Positions 59,094 to 64,000 of a stretch of DNA of 64,000 nucleotides are shown here, piece by piece. Position 1 is the stretch's first letter; every line of letters begins with the position of its first letter. Made by a program: the position numbers and the translations under genes. Origin of the DNA: Patescibacteria group bacterium. Lineage in GTDB: Bacteria > Patescibacteriota > Patescibacteriia > UM-FILTER-42-10. The stretch lies in assembly GCA_041666485.1 (NCBI GenBank), contig JBAYGW010000003.1, forward strand, positions 16,415 to 80,414. Reading direction: 5' to 3'. The notes beneath the pieces are model-generated. The model ran no database searches. It was not told the origin of the DNA and was given only the letters and a program-made list of their open reading frames with translations.

Positions 59094-59861
59094 TTACATC
59101 ACAGTCAAATCTACCCCTTTTGATTCATAATATTCTAAAACATAATCGGGTATCTGTATTTTATGATGCCTAAAGCATTGGACCATTTTTGTAATATATC
59201 CCTCTTTATCATCCTCCCATGTATCCCAATGCAACGATTCACGAGCGATCGCATTTAGTTCCTTATCCATAGCTCCGTACTTCAACTGTAAATCCGTTAG
59301 CTCCTTCCACAAAATAAGATGATACAAACGGATACCACTCTGATCAAACCATGATTGACTGTCAAAAACATCCTGATATTTTTCATGAAACCGGTCTATC
59401 TGATATTCCCCATATATAAACACAGCTACCCCGGTTACAATCGCTCCAACTTCTGCCAGTTTTTTTGTGCTTTCACGCTTGGATTTTGCAGCAGCCATTG
59501 AATCATCCACTAATAAAACGCGTGTTCCGGGTTTGATAAAATTCATGCCACCAACGATAACCGGTCGTCCTGCACGTTTTGATTCACCGCGCACAATAAC
59601 CATTGGTTTGCCAGTTGCCATTGAAATCGCCGTCGCAATGGTAACACCGGATAACTCAATACCGGCAATAATATCTACCTGACTAAAATCAATCAGTCGT
59701 TTGAACTCTTCCGCAAGCAATTTCAATATCGTCGGCTCACCAACTACGCCTCTGGTAAAATCCACAGGAATCAAGCCATAACTGGTCATTACTGGTACAA
59801 GTGTAAACAAATTCGGAAACGTTCCCAGTCGTTTGATTAATTCTTGGCTTTGTATGTTCAT
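59094..59861 (-). CDS. phosphoribosyltransferase-fold protein (OPRTase-like, degenerate PRPP motif)
   Basis: VLLVDDSMAAAKS resembles type I PRTase loop; C-terminal extension. Confidence 0.45.
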   Translation of the reverse strand: MNIQSQELIKRLGTFPNLFTLVPVMTSYGLIPVDFTRGVVGEPTILKLLAEEFKRLIDFSQVDIIAGIELSGVTIATAISMATGKPMVIVRGESKRAGRPVIVGGMNFIKPGTRVLLVDDSMAAAKSKRESTKKLAEVGAIVTGVAVFIYGEYQIDRFHEKYQDVFDSQSWFDQSGIRLYHLILWKELTDLQLKYGAMDKELNAIARESLHWDTWEDDKEGYITKMVQCFRHHKIQIPDYVLEYYESKGVDLTVM

Positions 59862-59989
59862 AAAGTAATTGTAACGCGCATATATTCTAGGTCAAGGTGC
59901 CTGTATAACTACTGCCCGTTCGAATCCCAATAATTACAAATGTCTTAATTCATTATTTATCCTGAGCACAACAGGAGCGCACAAGGCAT

Positions 59990-60138
59990 AGATTTGACAA
60001 GTCTAGCTAGTCCTCGCCGAGACAGAAAAAAGTGGGGCCCCCGACCCGCTTTTGGCGGGTTGGGGAAAGGGGCACAGACCCGCAACCTAAAACAACCAAG
60101 CTTGCTTGGTTGTGACAGGTGAAGGGTCTGATGACCCG
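59990..60138. other. GC-rich hairpin-dense spacer 3' of tRNA-Gln
   Basis: GGGGCCCC palindrome, CCCGCttttgGCGGG and CAACCAAGCttgCTTGGTTG hairpins; CCTCGCCGAGAC unit related to insertions in the tRNA duplicate. Confidence 0.4.
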
Positions 60139-60212
60139 TGGCTGGGGAGGAGGGATTCGAACCCCCGGTGACGGGACCAGAACCCGTTGCCTTACCGCTT
60201 GGCTACTCCCCA
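60139..60212 (-). tRNA. tRNA-Gln (anticodon CUG), CCA encoded
   Basis: manual fold: acceptor UGGGGAG/CUCCCCA, D-arm GCC-AAGCGGUAA-GGC, anticodon stem ACGGG/CCCGU with loop UUCUGGU, T-arm GGGGG-UUCGAAU-CCCUC, 3' GCCA. Confidence 0.75.
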
Positions 60213-60221
60213 ATGTTTAGA

Positions 60222-60488
60222 TTAATTTTTATTTTTGATTTCTTCTATGTCTTTCAGTTTTTCATCAAGTAATTTTCTACCTTGACCGGATTTTAAAAAC
60301 TTTTCTCTTTTCATTGCCTCAGATCTACTATTAAAATCTTCCTTATAAATCAATACCCACGGTGATCGTCCCTTAGTATATCTACACTTGCCGCTATTGT
60401 GTTCTTCTAATCTTTTCTCAACATTATCAGTGCTACCAACGTACCTATTCTGGTAATTTATACTTTTTATTACGTAAATTGAATACAT
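60222..60488 (-). CDS. GIY-YIG nuclease family protein (small, UPF0213/YhbQ-like)
   Basis: 89 aa from MYSIYVIKS...RYVGSTDNVEKRLEEHNSGK..YTKGRSPWVLIY.E.F; longer ORF-track frame reads through the upstream tRNA-like duplicate. Confidence 0.75.
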   Translation of the reverse strand: MYSIYVIKSINYQNRYVGSTDNVEKRLEEHNSGKCRYTKGRSPWVLIYKEDFNSRSEAMKREKFLKSGQGRKLLDEKLKDIEEIKNKN

Positions 60489-60499
60489 TGTATTTTTAT

Positions 60500-60650
60500 G
60501 ATTCCTCGCCGGAGGCGAGTGCGCTCGCCTCGCTTTCGCGAGAGCGAAGCGGGCCTCAGGCGCAGAACCCCCGGTGACGGGACCAGAACCCGTTGCCTTA
60601 TCCGCCTCGGCTCGACGCCTCGTCGAGACGGGCCGCTTGGCTACTCCCCA
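60500..60650 (-). pseudogene. partial duplicate of tRNA-Gln 5' portion interrupted by two GC-rich palindromic insertions
   Basis: 60555-60650 reproduces tRNA positions 1-~56 with a 33-nt insertion in the D-loop and a ~60-nt hairpin insertion (GAGGCGAGtgcgCTCGCCTC) after GGGGGTTC; no 3' acceptor strand. Confidence 0.5.
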
Positions 60651-60706
60651 ATGTTTTATTTCAAAAAAATAATTCGCCATATATCGCATGGCGATAACAT
60701 TCTTAT

Positions 60707-62356
60707 CTAACCTTCTACCACTTTCCCGCCGAAGGTGTCAAGTGCATCCTTCAGCGCACTACTGTCTTCCTCTTTTTTATTGTGTTCCGGTATCTTTTTA
60801 TCTCGCAACGCATTATCAATAATACAGGTGAAGGTCAGGGGCGTTTCATATACTTCATCCAGTACATTTTCAATTATCTGTTTGTTCTTTGCTTCCCAGA
60901 CCCGGTCCATATAAAATTTAAACCCGAAAGCAATTGTAATAACCTTGCCGTTAATCTCCAATACTTCCCCGACACTTAAGGTAAGTGATAAAGAATGATT
61001 ATGTGCTTTTAGCTTTTTTAAAAAAGTTTTCCATTTTTTTTCAATCTCTGACAGCTTAACAACCGGCGTCTCTTTTACCAATTCATCTGTTTCATCAACC
61101 GCCTTCTTTTCAGCTAGAACTGGCCTAATTACCTCTTTTACTATCTTATGTACTTGAGCAATTGGTCTTACTTCGGGAATATTTCTTCTGTTTGGTGGTT
61201 GAAATTTAGGAGTAAAAGACGGTTGATTCTTTGTAACCGGCTGTGTTATTTCATTCCCGCCCTCAATAATTTCCAAAATTGCAATTTCCAGCGGGAGTTG
61301 GATTATATCCTTTTGCGCTTTGATCATCGGTTCAATTTTAAGAAAAATATTGATCCACCGGATCAGTTCCTGTGAATTGAATTGATTTGAAATTTTAATC
61401 ATTTCTTTCTGCAGTTCATCATCCATTTCATACACAACAAACTTCTCCAATGAACTTGATATATTAAGCAGCATGATTCTTCTTAACACTTCAATCACAT
61501 TTTTAACAAAATTCCTGACATTTCCACCCTCTTCTACCAACCTGTTGACCAGCTCAATAGATGCGGCGGTATTTTCCATCGCAATCAGGCTCAAAAACTG
61601 AATCACTAGTGTATCATCAGAATGCGGAACGATCAGATCAATGTGATCCATTGTAACTTTTTTCTCTCCGAGTGAAAGCACCTGACCCAACATGCTCTCG
61701 GCGTCCCGTACACTACCGTCAGAAGCCATAGCAATTGCCTTCAAGACCGGCTCATCAACCTGCACTTTTTCCTGACTAATAATAGTGTTCAACCGGAGCA
61801 CCAGATCTTTTACTCCCACTTTCTGAAAATCAAAACGCTGACAGCGGGATATAATAGTCTGCGGCACCTTATGTACCTCGGTTGTCGCAAGGATAAACAC
61901 AACATTTTCCGGCGGTTCTTCCAGTGTTTTCAGCAAAGCATTGAACGCGGATATTGAAAGCATGTGGACTTCATCTATTATGAATACTTTGTAGGTGCTG
62001 GATACCGTTGCCACACGCGAATTGTCAATTATATTTTGTCTTACATTATCCACTCCCGTATGAGAAGCAGCATCAATCTCAACCAAATCCAATAATCTTC
62101 CCTTCATAATATCTTTGCAGGAGCTGCATTCATTACAGGGTTCTGCAGAATCTTTTTTTCTTTTCTTACAGTTAAGAGATTTTGCAAAAAGACGGGCAAT
62201 GGTTGTCTTGCCGACACCCCGCGGACCGGTAAACAAATATGCATGGGCGATTCTACCGCTTTCCAATTCATTTATCAGCGTAATTCTGATATGATTTTGA
62301 TCAACCAAATCCTTAAAAGACTGCGGCCGATATTTACGATATAGTGTCTGTGACAT
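60707..62356 (-). CDS. dnaX: DNA polymerase III subunit gamma/tau
   Basis: YRPQSFKDLVDQ, GPRGVGKTT Walker A, zinc module CNECSSC, SRC motif. Confidence 0.85.
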   Translation of the reverse strand: MSQTLYRKYRPQSFKDLVDQNHIRITLINELESGRIAHAYLFTGPRGVGKTTIARLFAKSLNCKKRKKDSAEPCNECSSCKDIMKGRLLDLVEIDAASHTGVDNVRQNIIDNSRVATVSSTYKVFIIDEVHMLSISAFNALLKTLEEPPENVVFILATTEVHKVPQTIISRCQRFDFQKVGVKDLVLRLNTIISQEKVQVDEPVLKAIAMASDGSVRDAESMLGQVLSLGEKKVTMDHIDLIVPHSDDTLVIQFLSLIAMENTAASIELVNRLVEEGGNVRNFVKNVIEVLRRIMLLNISSSLEKFVVYEMDDELQKEMIKISNQFNSQELIRWINIFLKIEPMIKAQKDIIQLPLEIAILEIIEGGNEITQPVTKNQPSFTPKFQPPNRRNIPEVRPIAQVHKIVKEVIRPVLAEKKAVDETDELVKETPVVKLSEIEKKWKTFLKKLKAHNHSLSLTLSVGEVLEINGKVITIAFGFKFYMDRVWEAKNKQIIENVLDEVYETPLTFTCIIDNALRDKKIPEHNKKEEDSSALKDALDTFGGKVVEG

Positions 62357-62493
62357 AAATAAATCCCCTTAATCGGGTACCTACTATATTAGCGCGAATG
62401 ATAAAGATTTGCAATCTGCATAACTCATATAAAAAGACCCTTATTCTGTAGGTTTATAGGGTCTTAAAACAGTTATTAAAATTTACTTTGAAA

Positions 62494-63144
62494 TTATATC
62501 TCTAAATCATCAACTGCCTTTTCCTTCTCCATGCCGGGATTTTCTTGTTGGATATTCACAGTACTCGGCACAGCATTAATATTTGGTTGTGACTCGCCTC
62601 CTTTTACAATATTTTCCACAGCGGCCCAATCTGTTTGTTTATCAATTGGAACAAGTATTACCACCTCATCACCGACTTCACCTTTAAAATACGTAATACT
62701 GGCCAAAAGTACCTTATAACTCTTGCCGTTTGCCAGCACCTGGTATTCCCCGGTTGTATCATCCTGATTCAACATGCCGATCAGTCTTTTTCTTTCCACC
62801 GGCCCGATTTGTTTAAAAACAAAAGAACCATCATTGGAAATGGTCAGTTTTAAGATATCGCCTTCAACCAGTTTTGATTTAGAAGCATAGTTCGCCGGCA
62901 CATTGTACTGTTTTCCGTCCGGACCGATCATATTTAATCCATCAAATACTCCTTCCACAACACGCCCGTTGTGATCCACAGAACCGATGGAGCGAGCCTT
63001 TTGTAAATGACTAATCTCATTGGAAACAGCGTCAGCATCCGATTCTAGCGAGTCTCCTTCCAACATAGCTTTAGCAACACGTATCGCATCTTCCGCTGAA
63101 GCAATTAGCTGTTTGATTTGTGTCAGTTTATTTTCGTCAACCAT
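62494..63144 (-). CDS. hypothetical protein
   Basis: 216 aa, no recognised motif. Confidence 0.4.
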   Translation of the reverse strand: MVDENKLTQIKQLIASAEDAIRVAKAMLEGDSLESDADAVSNEISHLQKARSIGSVDHNGRVVEGVFDGLNMIGPDGKQYNVPANYASKSKLVEGDILKLTISNDGSFVFKQIGPVERKRLIGMLNQDDTTGEYQVLANGKSYKVLLASITYFKGEVGDEVVILVPIDKQTDWAAVENIVKGGESQPNINAVPSTVNIQQENPGMEKEKAVDDLEI

Positions 63145-63322
63145 TTTATTTTTGCCTCCCCTTTTTATATTGTTTTATCTTTGATTTTAATTTTGATTTA
63201 AGTTTTTGTTTGGTTTTTACTAATCACATTGTATCATATTGAGTTTTCAAATGTAAAGCATAATTTGATTTCTGGCATAAAAATACGGGATAAATCCCGT
63301 ATATTTCGTTTTAGCTATAATA

Positions 63323-63877
63323 CTAGAATTGATATAAATATATGGCAATACTTGATTTGTCTGGCTTACTTACTGCACTTGGAGTAAATGTTTTAAGCGG
63401 AAACACATATGAGATTACTCTGGCGCCTTTTTTCAGTTCCTTGGAAAATTTTGCCTCCAGTTCCTTTATTGATTTTGGCATCAGAAAACATATTACCAAA
63501 TCGGCGTCATTCAAATTTTGCTGGAAAAGATCACGGTATTTGATCAAAACTTTACCTTTCATTTTATGAACAATAATTGTGTTCATCAACCAGGACTTTA
63601 TTTTTGAGAACACATAGGGCATTAGCGAGATTTCAACACCCGTTGCAGACACTTTAAATCGTTTGGCTATTTCAAAAAGTATACGCCCATCCCCGGAACC
63701 CAGCTCATAAACTGATTCACCGTCTTTTATTCCGGCCAGGTTAATCAGCCGGTCAAGATCCTTCTTTTTTGTCGGCACCCACGGAGCACCGCGGTATCCG
63801 GCATATGCCATTGATCCCAATACCACAAAAACAATAACTGCAATAATAAAATAAAAAAACATTCCTGGATCAAACAT
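63323..63877 (-). CDS. membrane-anchored class I SAM-dependent methyltransferase
   Basis: N-terminal TM; VYELGSGDGRI motif I; ADLVICFL. Confidence 0.55.
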   Translation of the reverse strand: MFDPGMFFYFIIAVIVFVVLGSMAYAGYRGAPWVPTKKKDLDRLINLAGIKDGESVYELGSGDGRILFEIAKRFKVSATGVEISLMPYVFSKIKSWLMNTIIVHKMKGKVLIKYRDLFQQNLNDADLVICFLMPKSIKELEAKFSKELKKGARVISYVFPLKTFTPSAVSKPDKSSIAIYLYQF

Positions 63878-64000
63878 ATTGATTTATATTTAACAAATGC
63901 GAAACTAAACGGTAAATTTTGGAGTTGATGATGTCGGCGGAACCGGCAATGTTGGATTTTTTGGGACTGATGTATTTGGAGTTGATACAGGAGCTGTTGG

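Noticed and set aside
60007-60213. 68-aa ORF overlapping the tRNA-Gln gene
   Set aside because: It overlaps a well-folding tRNA and the hairpin-rich spacer; it is a GC-rich frame artefact.
60222-60689. Full 155-aa version of the GIY-YIG ORF
   Set aside because: The N-terminal 67 codons read through the tRNA-like duplicate and its GC-rich insertions. The conserved GIY-YIG domain starts at the internal Met (60488).
1-64000. CRISPR array, rRNA genes, transposase or integrase
   Set aside because: No regularly spaced direct repeats, no rRNA-like conserved stretches and no DDE or tyrosine-recombinase motifs were seen in any ORF.

Overview
This window is AT-rich (roughly 35-40% GC by eye), compactly packed bacterial chromosome whose gene content matches a small-genome Candidate Phyla Radiation (Patescibacteria)-like organism. 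Recognisable housekeeping genes are def, fmt, mutM, hup (HU), malQ, maf, rlmN, queG, guaA, guaB and dnaX. An archaeal-type AMP salvage module is present: AMP phosphorylase, form III RuBisCO and ribose-1,5-bisphosphate isomerase. There are at least six NUDIX hydrolases, a SET-domain protein, and MacB-type ABC, ECF-CbiM, ZIP, TerC, CNNM and DMT transporters.

Several short GC-rich islands (about 55-65% GC) are inserted between native genes. Each carries one or two genes with a strong Shine-Dalgarno site and its own GC-rich intrinsic terminator. They encode a lone purH, an M29 aminopeptidase, a small secreted protein and small unknown ORFs. A GC-rich element with an 11-bp closing helix lies in one of them.

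One tRNA-Gln(CUG) gene sits next to a small GIY-YIG nuclease gene. Upstream of the nuclease is a partial duplicate of the tRNA 5' portion, interrupted by GC-rich palindromic insertions.

Between arsR and a CNNM/CorC gene (about 10.3-16.4 kb) lies an accessory-like stretch. It holds two SLOG-superfamily genes (LOG-like TIGR00725 and nucleoside 2-deoxyribosyltransferase-like) next to a 349-aa helical protein. This is my best candidate for an undescribed nucleotide-centred system. A second candidate is a histidine-phosphatase / PEP-utiliser swivel-domain / unknown-protein operon followed by NUDIX-SET-NUDIX-NUDIX genes.

No rRNA, CRISPR array, transposase or integrase was found. All assignments rest on motif recognition by eye; no database searches were run.
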